From: Eledone cirrhosa
Lineage: Eukaryota
DNA length: 64,000 nucleotides
Direction: 5' to 3'
NCBI GenBank assembly: GCA_964016885.1
Contig: OZ024740.1
Span: 406,286,001 to 406,350,000, forward strand
The position numbers and the translations under genes are program-made. The notes beneath the pieces were generated by a model that had not been told where the DNA came from, did not search any database, and saw nothing but the letters and a program-made list of their open reading frames with translations. Position 1 is the stretch's first letter. Every line of letters starts with the position of its first letter. Of this stretch, positions 37,027 through 58,229 are shown one piece after another.

Positions 37027-37110
37027 TACATATATACATATATATATTTATATATATATACACATATATATATACACACATATATATATACACTATACAT
37101 ATATACACAT

Positions 37111-37154
<44 letters not shown>

Positions 37155-37167
37155 GTATATGTATATA

Positions 37168-37199
<32 letters not shown>

Positions 37200-37399
37200 C
37201 ATATATATATACATATATATATATACATATACATATATATATATATATATACATATATATACATATATACATATACATATATACATATATATACATATAT
37301 ATATATACATATATATATACATATATATATATACATATATACATTATATATACATATATTTATATACATATATACATATATATATATATACATATATAC

Positions 37400-37446
<47 letters not shown>

Positions 37447-37485
37447 CATATATATATATACATATATATACATATATACATATAC

Positions 37486-37558
<73 letters not shown>

Positions 37559-37569
37559 CATATATATAC

Positions 37570-37662
<93 letters not shown>

Positions 37663-38088
37663 CATATATATACATATATATACATATATATACATATATA
37701 TATATACATATATATATATACATATATATATATACATATATATATATACATATATACATATACATATATATATATATATATACATATATACATATACATA
37801 TATATATATATATACATATATACATATACATATATATATATACATATATACATATACATATATATATATACATATATATACATATATATACATATATATA
37901 CATATATATTATACATATACATATATATATATATATATACATATATATACATATATACATATACATATATACATATATATACATATATATATATACATAT
38001 ATATATACATATATATATATACATATATACATATATATATACATATATATATATACATATATACATATATATATATATACATATATAC

Positions 38089-38135
<47 letters not shown>

Positions 38136-38174
38136 CATATATATATATACATATATATACATATATACATATAC

Positions 38175-38218
<44 letters not shown>

Positions 38219-38260
38219 ATATATATACATATATATATATATATACATATATATACATAT

Positions 38261-38307
<47 letters not shown>

Positions 38308-38319
38308 TATATTATATAC

Positions 38320-38350
<31 letters not shown>

Positions 38351-38586
38351 CATATATATACATATATATACATATATATACATATATATATATACATATA
38401 TATATATACATATATATATATACATATATATATATACATATATACATATACATATATATATATATATATACATATATACATATACATATATATATATATA
38501 TATACATATATACATATACATATATATATATACATATATACATATACATATATATATATACATATATATACATATATACATATACA

Positions 38587-38618
<32 letters not shown>

Positions 38619-38895
38619 CATATATATATATACATATATATACATATATACATATACATATATACATATATATATACATATATATACATATATATATATA
38701 CATATATATACATATACATACATATATATATATACATATATATACATATACATATATATACATATATATATATACATATATACATATATATATATACATA
38801 TATATATATACATATATACATATATATATATACATATATATATATACATATATATATACATATATATATATACATATATACATATATATATATAC

Positions 38896-38926
<31 letters not shown>

Positions 38927-39015
38927 CATATATATATACATATATATATACATATATATATACATATATATATATACATATATATATACATATATATATA
39001 TACATATATATATAC

Positions 39016-39050
<35 letters not shown>

Positions 39051-39051
39051 C

Positions 39052-39084
<33 letters not shown>

Positions 39085-39100
39085 CATATATATATACATA

Positions 39101-39553
39101 TGGTGGCTGCCAACTCGTTTTCGAGTACGGCCACTACTTTATATCCATGTAGGAGAACCCCTACCGATGCGCTGAACGAATGTGACTTTTTAGTCCAGCC
39201 AGCGACTTGAAAACTCTGGTACAAAGACTACACTTGTGACCATTATTGACACATAGTGCAGGGCCCATGGTACCATGTGATGACAAGTGCAGAGAGATCT
39301 CCAGATATAAAGCAATGCCTGTGCTGTGAAGCTTTTATAGTGAGCAAAGGCACTGCACAAAGCCAGTCCCACTCTCTTAACCAAGATGATATTTACCAAA
39401 AAGAAGAACAAGTCAACATCATTGGATACCATCAGGGTTGCAGGTGTTATATCAGAGTTTTCCTTCTCCTAGAATTCTGCCTTGACAAAGGCTAAGGGGT
39501 CATCTCTCCCGGTGATTTTGGATGGCTATTGAGTCTTAAGAGCTCCCTTGCCC
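39101..39553. mobile_element. Unclassified 450-bp insert in the TA array (probable retroelement piece)
   Basis: GC-richer island with sharp TA boundaries; no convincing ORF; family not identified. Confidence 0.4.
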
Positions 39554-39625
39554 TATATATACATATATATATATACATACATACATATATATATACATAT
39601 ATATATATACATACATATATATACA

Positions 39626-40503
39626 TAAATTGAAACAAAATGAAAACGAAATTTCATTTCTCACTCTTAGTATGGCACTTACTTAAATGTAAGTATGCAT
39701 GTATACGTACATACATATATGTATACAGACGTACAGTAGCATGCACATATATATATATATATATATACATATATATATACATATGCATACAGGTACACAT
39801 ACATATATGCACGTATCAGTTTAGCGGCACTTATTATAACGTCGCTTTGTTCGTTTGTAAACAAACTGAACAGCCTGAATTTATGCCATACGGTGTTAAG
39901 GCAACCACGTCACCTTTTTGTTCAACACTGACACAGGAACGATGTACTAGTTTCAGCTTGTTAGCTATCATCAGCACAGTTTACCCATCTGCCAGATAGT
40001 TGAACGTTCGAAAGTATATACTTTCCTTATGAAAATTAACGGCTGAGCAGCCTAATTTGCATATTGAGTGAGTTAAATCGGTCAGGCATACCGAAAACGA
40101 TAAATTGAAACAAAATGAAAACGAAATTTCATTTCTCACTCTTAGTATGGCACTTACTTAAATGTAAGTATGCATGTATACGTACATACATATATGTATA
40201 CAGACGTACAGTAGCATGCACATATATATATATATATACATATATATATACATATGCATACAGGTACACATACATATATGCACGTATCAGTTTAGCGGCA
40301 CTTATTATAACGTCGCTCTGTTCAGTTTGTTTACAAACGAACAAAGCGACGTTATAATAAGCGCCGCTAAACTGATACGTGCATATATGTATGTGTACCT
40401 GTATGCATATGTATATATATATGTATATATATATATATATGTGCATGCTACTGTACGTCTGTATACATAATATGTATGTACGTATACATGCATACTTACA
40501 TTT
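39626..40503 (-). mobile_element. Non-coding PLE-type element: partial tandem (475-bp period) plus inverted arm
   Basis: 39626-39846 repeated at 40101-40316; 40318-40503 is the reverse complement of about 39685-39873; carries a hammerhead. Confidence 0.75.
39942..39977 (-). ncRNA. Minimal type I hammerhead ribozyme
   Basis: Minus strand gtg-CTGATGA-T-AGCT-aaca-AGCT-GAAAC-TA-GTA^cat; palindromic ACTAGT stem III. Confidence 0.75.
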
Positions 40504-40525
40504 ATATATACATATATATATATAC

Positions 40526-40596
<71 letters not shown>

Positions 40597-40601
40597 CATA
40601 C

Positions 40602-40656
<55 letters not shown>

Positions 40657-40659
40657 CAT

Positions 40660-40727
<68 letters not shown>

Positions 40728-40800
40728 CATATACATATACATATACATATATATATACATATATATATACATATATATATATACATATATATATACATAT

Positions 40801-40848
40801 ATTGCCTCAGCCGGATGGCTGAAACAGGTAAAAGAGTAAAAGAGTAAA
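40801..40848 (+). repeat. Short retroposon tail fragment ending in (AAAAGAGT) repeats
   Basis: ggctgaaacaggtaaaagagtaaaagagtaaa island within the TA array. Confidence 0.45.
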
Positions 40849-41539
40849 TATATATATACATATATATATATACATATATATATACATATATATACATATA
40901 TATATACATATATATACATATATATATACATATATATACATATATATATACATATATATACATATATATATACATATATATACATATATATATACATATA
41001 TATACATATATATACATATATATACATATATATATACATATATATACATATATATATACATATATATACATATATATACATATATATACACATATATACA
41101 TATATATACACATATATATACATATATATACATATATATACATATATATATACATATATATACATATATATACACATATATATATATATACATATATATA
41201 CACATATATACACATATATATACATATATATATACATATATATATACATATATATATACATATATATATACATATATATATACATATATATATATATACA
41301 TATATATATGTATATATACATATATATATGTATATATACATATATATACATATATATACATATATATATGTATATATACATATATATATGTATATATACA
41401 TATATATACATATATATACATATATATATACATATACATATATATACATATATATATATACATATATATACATATACATATATATACATATACATATATA
41501 TACATATATATATATACATATATATACATATACATATAC

Positions 41540-41571
<32 letters not shown>

Positions 41572-41586
41572 ATTTATATATATATA

Positions 41587-41814
<228 letters not shown>

Positions 41815-41851
41815 ATATATATATATTTGTTTATATATATATTTATATATT

Positions 41852-41882
<31 letters not shown>

Positions 41883-41976
41883 ATATATATTTGTTATATA
41901 TATATATATATTTGTTTATATATATATATATATTTATTTATATATATATATATATTTATTTATATATATATATATT

Positions 41977-42007
<31 letters not shown>

Positions 42008-42010
42008 ATT

Positions 42011-42041
<31 letters not shown>

Positions 42042-42044
42042 ATT

Positions 42045-42075
<31 letters not shown>

Positions 42076-42078
42076 ATT

Positions 42079-42113
<35 letters not shown>

Positions 42114-42132
42114 ATTTATATATATATATATT

Positions 42133-42167
<35 letters not shown>

Positions 42168-42188
42168 ATATAAATATATATATATATT

Positions 42189-42219
<31 letters not shown>

Positions 42220-42230
42220 ATATTTATATA

Positions 42231-42277
<47 letters not shown>

Positions 42278-42280
42278 ATT

Positions 42281-42319
<39 letters not shown>

Positions 42320-42366
42320 ATTTATATATATATATATATTTATATATATTTATATATATATATATT

Positions 42367-42458
<92 letters not shown>

Positions 42459-42520
42459 TATATATATATATTTATATATATATATTTATATATATATATT
42501 TATATATATATATTTATATT

Positions 42521-42558
<38 letters not shown>

Positions 42559-42560
42559 TA

Positions 42561-42718
<158 letters not shown>

Positions 42719-42761
42719 AATATAAATATATATATAAATATATATATAAATATATATATAA

Positions 42762-42798
<37 letters not shown>

Positions 42799-43010
42799 AA
42801 TATATATATATTATAAATATATATATATATATAAATATAAATATATATATAAATATATATATAAATATATATATAAATATATATATAAATATATATATAT
42901 ATAAATATATATATAAATATAAATATATATATAAATATATATATAAATATATATATAAATATATATATAAATATATATATATATAAATATATATATAAAT
43001 ATATATATAA

Positions 43011-43047
<37 letters not shown>

Positions 43048-43104
43048 AATATATATATATATTTATATATATATATAAATATATATATATATTTATATAT
43101 ATAT

Positions 43105-43141
<37 letters not shown>

Positions 43142-43146
43142 TATTT

Positions 43147-43217
<71 letters not shown>

Positions 43218-43284
43218 TATTTATATATATATATAAATATATATATATATAAATATATATATAAATATATATATTTATTTATAT

Positions 43285-43319
<35 letters not shown>

Positions 43320-43321
43320 TA

Positions 43322-43354
<33 letters not shown>

Positions 43355-43494
43355 AATATATATATATAATATATATATATATATAATATATATATATAAA
43401 TATATATATATAATATATAAATATATAAATATATAAATATATATATATATATAAATATATATATATAAATATATATATATAAATATATATATAA

Positions 43495-43583
<89 letters not shown>

Positions 43584-43584
43584 A

Positions 43585-43616
<32 letters not shown>

Positions 43617-43643
43617 AATATATATATAAATATATATATATAA

Positions 43644-43958
<315 letters not shown>

Positions 43959-44003
43959 ATTTATATATATATATTTATATATATATATATATATTTATAT
44001 ATT

Positions 44004-44040
<37 letters not shown>

Positions 44041-44317
44041 ATTTATATATATATATATTTATATATTTATATATTTATATATTTATATATTTATATATAT
44101 AATATATATATATAAATATATAAATATATAAATATATAAATATATAAATATATATATATATATAAATATATATATATAAATATATATATATATAAATATA
44201 TAAATATATATATATATATAAATATATATATATAAATATATATATATATAAATATATAAATATATATATATATATAAATATATATATATAAATATATATA
44301 TATATAAATATATAAAT

Positions 44318-44441
<124 letters not shown>

Positions 44442-44457
44442 ATATATATATTATATA

Positions 44458-44583
<126 letters not shown>

Positions 44584-44585
44584 AA

Positions 44586-44661
<76 letters not shown>

Positions 44662-44688
44662 AAAATATATATATATAAATATATAAAA

Positions 44689-44908
<220 letters not shown>

Positions 44909-44922
44909 ATATATATATATAA

Positions 44923-45012
<90 letters not shown>

Positions 45013-45044
45013 ATATTTATATATATATAAATATATATATATTT

Positions 45045-45130
<86 letters not shown>

Positions 45131-45214
45131 ATATTTATAATATATAAATATATTTATATTTATATATATATAAATATATATATATTTATATATATATATA
45201 TATATATATTATAT

Positions 45215-45337
<123 letters not shown>

Positions 45338-45361
45338 CATTTATATATATATATATATATA

Positions 45362-45398
<37 letters not shown>

Positions 45399-45399
45399 T

Positions 45400-45508
<109 letters not shown>

Positions 45509-45512
45509 TTAT

Positions 45513-45544
<32 letters not shown>

Positions 45545-45565
45545 TATATATATTTATATATTTAT

Positions 45566-45603
<38 letters not shown>

Positions 45604-45653
45604 TATATACTTATATATATATATATATATACTTATATATATATATATATACT

Positions 45654-45686
<33 letters not shown>

Positions 45687-45700
45687 ATTATATATATATT

Positions 45701-45808
<108 letters not shown>

Positions 45809-45824
45809 AATATATATATAATAT

Positions 45825-46059
<235 letters not shown>

Positions 46060-46085
46060 ATTATATATATATATATATATATATA

Positions 46086-47675
46086 TCATCATCATCATCA
46101 TCATCACCGTTTTACGTCCGTTCTTCCACGCTAGCATGGGTTAGACGGGTTGTCCTGTTGTGGGCAGTGTCTGGTCGGCTGACCATGCCTTGCTCATACA
46201 GGAACTGATCTGGCTTGATTTCTACAGCTGGATGCCCTTCCTAACACCAACCTCATTTACAGTGAGTGCTGGGTGCTTTTTCGTGCGCCTACACGTCCAC
46301 TTTACAGTGTGGGCTGGGTGCTTTTTTGCCGTGGCACCTCCACGACCACCTTGCGGTGGGGGGGGGGGCATATTGTTTATATGCTTCAGCATGTACCCAT
46401 GGGAGGTCGGGTACCCTGTATTACTGCGTGACGCCAGAAGTCACGGTCGTGTGTCATTGACTTTGAGAGGTGTAGTTGGGTAAGGTCGGCTTTTATCACC
46501 TCATCCCAAGTCATCTTGGGTCTCCCCACTCCGCGGTTTCCATCAACTTCTAGTGCTCTGCACCTTTTTATGCAGCTGTCATCCTTCATACGCATCACAT
46601 GTCCATACCAGCGTAACCGCCTCTCCTGCACGCAGCATTTGATTCCTCTTATGCTCAGTCTCTCTCTCAATTCATTATGCTTTGTCGTTCACGTATATTA
46701 CTGTTACACATCCATCGGAGCATGCAGGCTTCGTTTCTCTCTAATCTACGTAAGTCTTCCACCTTCAGCGCCCAGTCTCACTACCATGCAACATCGCTGT
46801 TCGGATACACGCATCATACAGTCTGCCTTTCATTCTGAGGGAGAAGCCTTTTGCAGCTAGCAGTGGTAGTAGTTCCCTAAACTTCTTCCATCCCGTTCTT
46901 ACCCTAGTTATTGTACTTTCTGAGCACCCACCTCCGTTGCTAATTCGGTCACCTAGGTAGCAGAAGCTGTCTACTGTTTCTACAGGGCCCTCCCAGAGAT
47001 TGGTGGTACTTGTTTCCTGTGGCTGTTTGCTTGCTGTTTCAGCACAGCTGCTGCATGTGAATCCTACATTCTTAATTAAGCTTCCTGAGATCCCGCTACA
47101 TCTCTTGTGTACCCATTGTTTGCATTTGGGGCAAAGAATGGAGTTCCTACCTACACCTTTCCTACATACTGAGCAAGGCCATTTCCCTGAGGGGATCTGG
47201 GTTCTGTTTTCTCGTCTACTTATAAGGACCTTAGTCTTTGTCATGTTGACTTTGAGGCCCTTTCTCTCTAGTCCCTGCTTCCAGGTTTGGAATTTATTCT
47301 CTAGTTCTACCATAGATTCAGCTATGAGTGCGAGGTCATCAGCATACAGGAGTTCCCATGGGCATCCGGTCTTAAACTCCTCCGTTATTGCCTGCAGGAC
47401 TATGATGAACAGGAGAGGGCTAAGAACAGAGCCCTGGTGGACCCCAACCTGTACGCTAAATTCCTCGCTATACTCATTGCCAATCCTAACTTTGCTGACT
47501 GCTCCCCTATACATGGCTTGTACCGCTTTCACAAGCCATTCATCTACTCCTAGTTTTCTAAGAGCCCACCAGATTACTGCACGTGGAACTCTGTCAAAGG
47601 CTTTCTCAAGGTCGACAAATGCCAAGTAGAGTGGCTTACTTTTAGCTAGGTACTTTTCCTGTAATTGCCTCACAA
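46086..47675 (-). mobile_element. Second copy of the RTE LINE, truncated within RT
   Basis: Near-identical to 12057-13648; a few 1-bp deletions break the ORF; flanked by (TA)n. Confidence 0.95.
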
Positions 47676-47683
47676 TATATATT

Positions 47684-47717
<34 letters not shown>

Positions 47718-47738
47718 TATATATATATATTTATATAT

Positions 47739-47771
<33 letters not shown>

Positions 47772-47772
47772 T

Positions 47773-47805
<33 letters not shown>

Positions 47806-47810
47806 TTATT

Positions 47811-47861
<51 letters not shown>

Positions 47862-48062
47862 TTATATATATATTTATATATATATATTTATATATATATA
47901 TATATTTATATATATATTTATATATATATATTTATATATATATATATATATTTATTTATATATATATATATATATTTATTTATATATATATATATATTTA
48001 TATATATTTATATATATATATATATTTATATATATTTATATATATATATATATATTTATATA

Positions 48063-48133
<71 letters not shown>

Positions 48134-48224
48134 TTATATATATATATATATTTATATATATATTTATATATATATATTTATATATATATATGTATATATA
48201 TATATATTTATATATATATATATT

Positions 48225-48255
<31 letters not shown>

Positions 48256-48256
48256 T

Positions 48257-48287
<31 letters not shown>

Positions 48288-48328
48288 TTATATATATATA
48301 TTTATATATATATATATATTTATATATA

Positions 48329-48375
<47 letters not shown>

Positions 48376-48524
48376 ATGTATATATATATATTTATATATA
48401 TATATGTATATATATTTATATATATTTATATATATATATGTATATATATATATTTATATATATATATGTATATATATATATTTATATATATATATATTTA
48501 TATATGTATATATATATATATATT

Positions 48525-48603
<79 letters not shown>

Positions 48604-48632
48604 TTATATATATATATATATATTTATATATA
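47676..48632. repeat. (TA)n array, TTTA/TGTA variants
   Basis: Direct inspection. Confidence 0.95.
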
Positions 48633-48671
48633 TAGAAAGATTTGAATGGATACAGTTTAGTCGAAAGGAAT

Positions 48672-48791
48672 TTATTGACACGTGTTTCTATAACAGTTAC
48701 ATAACCTAAAACAGCCGCTATCTACAAACTTTTAGTTATGCAGACATTCAATATTTCAATGTTATTATTTACTGTCATTTCATCAGAATAA
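48672..48791 (-). ncRNA. Type I hammerhead, branched long stem II
   Basis: Reverse complement of 51089-51208. Confidence 0.75.
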
Positions 48792-49317
48792 TATTACTGA
48801 GGACGAGGAGGGGTGAAGTTGTTAGTAGAATAGTTGAAGAGTGGTTTTTCGATAGCAGTGAGAATTCTTGGTGGCAGTGAGTAATTAGATTCCCATCTGT
48901 TGTTTTGACATTTTTATAGATTATATTATTGGTTATTTTTCTAAATCTATAGAAGGATTAGAGATAGTAAAGATATGCGTGGTTGGTTTTGTGTTTGCAC
49001 TTAATTAACATTCAGACTTAAATTTTTCTTTCAAGTGTACGTATCCTTTCACCCACGCATTCACAAACAAATATATTTGCACACCTCTACAAAATACGTA
49101 GACTCACAATTCACATATTCATACTTACATATATATACACATGCATACACATATATATACACACATGTATTCATGTACATACATACGCGCTCATGTGTAT
49201 ACATTTTCATACTCAACTTATCTTTATATACACACGTATAGACACACACATATATACATACATACTCTAGTCCATGTGTACACACATACACATACATACA
49301 CATCCATATACACATAT

Positions 49318-49352
<35 letters not shown>

Positions 49353-49621
49353 AGCACTTTAATACATGAATACACTTACATCTAACTATACACATCAAAC
49401 ATATATATATATTTACTTATTTATATACATTTTCACATATATATACATACTTATGGACGTTTTTAGACACATTCATTATCGCATATTTGTACCTATTCTC
49501 ATCAGCATATCTTTCCATTATTAGTGTGGTAATTTAAGGTTATTAATATATGTTGAGAAGAGATTGTTTTTATATTTTTCTAACTAGATTAAGGTTTATA
49601 TAGTTGGGGGATGTCCCTCTT

Positions 49622-49915
49622 TTATGTAATATTCGGCTTGTAGTGGGAAAAAAGGGTTTTAGTTCTGTGACGGCAGAATAATGTTCGTTCAATTCTGTTA
49701 TTCAGCAGTTTCTTCTTGTGTGTGATTATGTAATAAATCTCAAGATTACACAATTTGCAGAAATTTTGGCTCCTGGAAAAGCTTTGGGTTTTAGCTAATT
49801 TTTCCCATTTTAGGGTAAACTTTTGATCGCTATCCCTGAGCGTCCAAGCTTTTTCTGCTAAAGTTGTTACATTTCTTTGGCTCTGGTGTTTTATTGAGTA
49901 AGAATGCCTATACAA
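49622..49915 (-). pseudogene. C-terminal fragment of PLE GIY-YIG endonuclease
   Basis: RHSYSIKH..TTLAEKAWTL..LKW..CKLCNLE..LLNNRIE..CRH, homologous to the C-terminus of ORF 33727. Confidence 0.85.
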
Positions 49916-50240
49916 GAATGCCGTCACAGAACTAAAACCCTTTTTTTCCCACTACAAGCCGAATATTACATAAAAGAGGGACATCCCCCAACTATATAAA
50001 CCTTAATCTAGTTAGAAAAATATAAAAACAATCTCTTCTCAACATATATTAATAACCTTAAATTACCACACTAATAATGGAAAGATATGCTGATGAGAAT
50101 AGGTACAAATATGCGATAATGAATGTGTCTAAAAACGTCCATAAGTATGTATATATATGTGAAAATGTATATAAATAAGTAAATATATATATATGTTTGA
50201 TGTGTATAGTTAGTTGTAAGTGTATTCATGTATTAAAGTG

Positions 50241-50288
<48 letters not shown>

Positions 50289-50292
<4 letters not shown>

Positions 50293-50493
50293 AACCAGTA
50301 AGACCCCGACAGCTGAGCTCAAGCCGTTTCGACGGCTAATTCTGGACCAGAATTAGGTCCAGAATTAGCCGTCGAAACGGCTTGAGCTCAGCTGTCGGGG
50401 TCTTACTGGTTCCTATTACCCACTCTACTACCTCAAGTATTGAGTACTTTGGTGCGTTATGGTCCACCTGGTTCCTTACCACATTTCCTTCGT

Positions 50494-50495
<2 letters not shown>
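50289..50495 (+). mobile_element. Short fold-back PLE-type remnant nested in a TA tract
   Basis: Inverted repeat 50289-50415 plus tail; homologous to 19941-20128; absent from the duplicate at about 59830-59880. Confidence 0.75.
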
Positions 50496-50532
<37 letters not shown>

Positions 50533-51088
50533 ATATGTGTATATGGATGTGTATGTATGTGTATGTGTGTACACATGGACTAGAGTATGTATGTATATAT
50601 GTGTGTGTCTATACGTGTGTATATAAAGATAAGTTGAGTATGAAAATGTATACACATGAGCGCGTATGTATGTACATGAATACATGTGTGTATATATATG
50701 TGTATGCATGTGTATATATATGTAAGTATGAATATGTGAATTGTGAGTCTACGTATTTTGTAGAGGTGTGCAAATATATTTGTTTGTGAATGCGTGGGTG
50801 AAAGGATACGTACACTTGAAAGAAAAATTTAAGTCTGAATGTTAATTAAGTGCAAACACAAAACCAACCACGCATATCTTTACTATCTCTAATCCTTCTA
50901 TAGATTTAGAAAAATAACCAATAATATATTCTATAAAAAATGTCAAAACAACAGATGGGAATCTAATTACTCACTGCCACCAGGAATTCTCACTGCTATC
51001 GAAAAACCACTCCTTCAACTATTCTTCTAACAACTTCACCCCTCCCTCCTAATATTCTCTATAAAAACTAAATAGGTCCTCAGTAATA

Positions 51089-51208
51089 TTATTCTGATGA
51101 AATGACAGTAAATAATAACATTGAAATATTGAATGTCTGCATAACTAAAAGTTTGTAGATAGCAGCTGTTTTAGGTTATGTAACTGTTATAGAAACACGT
51201 GTCAATAA
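51089..51208 (+). ncRNA. Type I hammerhead, branched long stem II
   Basis: ttatt-CTGATGA(51094)-a-atgacagt...actgttat-a-GAAAC(51192)-ACGT-GTC^aataa; palindromic ACACGTGT. Confidence 0.78.
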
Positions 51209-51360
51209 ATTCCTTTCAACTAAACTGTATCCATTCAAATCTTTCTATTTTCTCCGGATTACTTTTGGAACTACAACTGGAACCGTCGAGCAAACTCTAC
51301 GTGAGCTGATAATCTACTGTGTGTAATATTTATATTACAACACAACGGAAAATACTGTAT

Positions 51361-56890
<5,530 letters not shown>

Positions 56891-57090
56891 NNNNNNNNNN
56901 NNNNNNNNNNNNNNNNNNNNNNNNNNNNNNNNNNNNNNNNNNNNNNNNNNNNNNNNNNNNNNNNNNNNNNNNNNNNNNNNNNNNNNNNNNNNNNNNNNNN
57001 NNNNNNNNNNNNNNNNNNNNNNNNNNNNNNNNNNNNNNNNNNNNNNNNNNNNNNNNNNNNNNNNNNNNNNNNNNNNNNNNNNNNNNNNNN
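56891..57090. other. Assembly gap (200 N)
   Basis: N run. Confidence 1.
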
Positions 57091-57370
57091 TAAAACCCTT
57101 ACACATATTTTACAAAAATGTATGTATAATTTGTATACGCATACTAAAATGATGGATGCAAATACGAAATTTCAAGGTTAATGTCTCTGAAATTTCGTAT
57201 TTGCATCCATCATTTTAGTATGCGTATACAAATTATACATACATTTTTGTAAAATATGTGTAAGGGTTTTACATGTATATACACACACCGAACTGCATTT
57301 AACCCTTTATGTTTTCATTGGTCAATTTTGAACTGAAATTTTGAATTGTTGTTATTATCAATAAATATAC

Positions 57371-57525
57371 TTCATTATTTCTGAAGACGGCGTATATATG
57401 TGTTTGGTATGTATATTTAATCTTGATAATTTGTATAATTTTGTATAATTTTGTACATAGATCTGTTGAATATGCATACCAATTATAACACATATATATC
57501 CTAGAAACGATCGTTAAATAATGAA
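57371..57525 (+). ncRNA. Type I hammerhead, 116-nt stem II domain
   Basis: ttcattattt-CTGAAGA(57381)-long hairpin-GAAAC(57504)-GATC-GTT^aaataatgaa; 10-bp stem I; palindromic AACGATCGTT. Confidence 0.8.
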
Positions 57526-57805
57526 CTTTTTTTGTTTAATATAAGGAATTGTTTAATATAAGGAATTGCATCCATCATTTAATATTGTTTAATATAAGGA
57601 ATTGTTTAATATAAGGAATTGTTTAATATAAGGAATTGCATCCATCATTTTAGTATGCGTATACAAATTATACATACATTTTTGTAAAATATGTGTAAGG
57701 GTTTTACATGTATATACACACACCGAACTGCATTTAACCCTTTATGTTTTCATTGGTCAATTTTGAACTGAAATTTTGAATTGTTGTTATTATCAATAAA
57801 TATAC

Positions 57806-57960
57806 TTCATTATTTCTGAAGACGGCGTATATATGTGTTTGGTATGTATATTTAATCTTGATAATTTGTATAATTTTGTATAATTTTGTACATAGATCTG
57901 TTGAATATGCATACCAATTATAACACATATATATCCTAGAAACGATCGTTAAATAATGAA
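57806..57960 (+). ncRNA. Type I hammerhead, tandem copy
   Basis: Same sequence as 57371-57525. Confidence 0.8.
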
Positions 57961-58148
57961 CTTTTTTTGTTTAATATAAGGAATTGTTTGTTCATTATTT
58001 GTTTAATATTTTATCTTGACTCTGTATACCGTTTATCTTTCACCGAAAGTCGTTTTTCATTGCATCTCTTCTTTCCATGATATCCGGAATACATTGAGTT
58101 CTTCATACGGATTGGACACTACCGTAAACTCTTGGTAGATTTATCTAC

Positions 58149-58200
<52 letters not shown>

Positions 58201-58229
58201 TTATATATATATATATATATTTATATATA

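Larger units (their letters stand above)
48633..51360. mobile_element. Fold-back Penelope-like element with inverted arms of about 1.05 kb (copy 1)
   Basis: 48633-49673 is the reverse complement of 49919-51247 (ignoring the nested insert); spacer encodes a GIY-YIG C-terminus; a hammerhead in each arm. Confidence 0.9.
57091..58147 (+). mobile_element. Non-coding PLE-type element: inverted arm plus two tandem hammerhead-bearing units (435-bp period)
   Basis: Palindrome 57091-57271; 57201-57552 repeated at 57636-57987; tail to 58147. Confidence 0.8.

Noticed and set aside
46280-46780. Frameshifts in the second RTE copy as biological decay or recoding
   Set aside because: Single-base losses in short homopolymers are equally consistent with long-read consensus error
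57533-57640. CRISPR-like short repeats
   Set aside because: 17-bp units are mostly adjacent with no unique spacers; eukaryotic context and no cas genes
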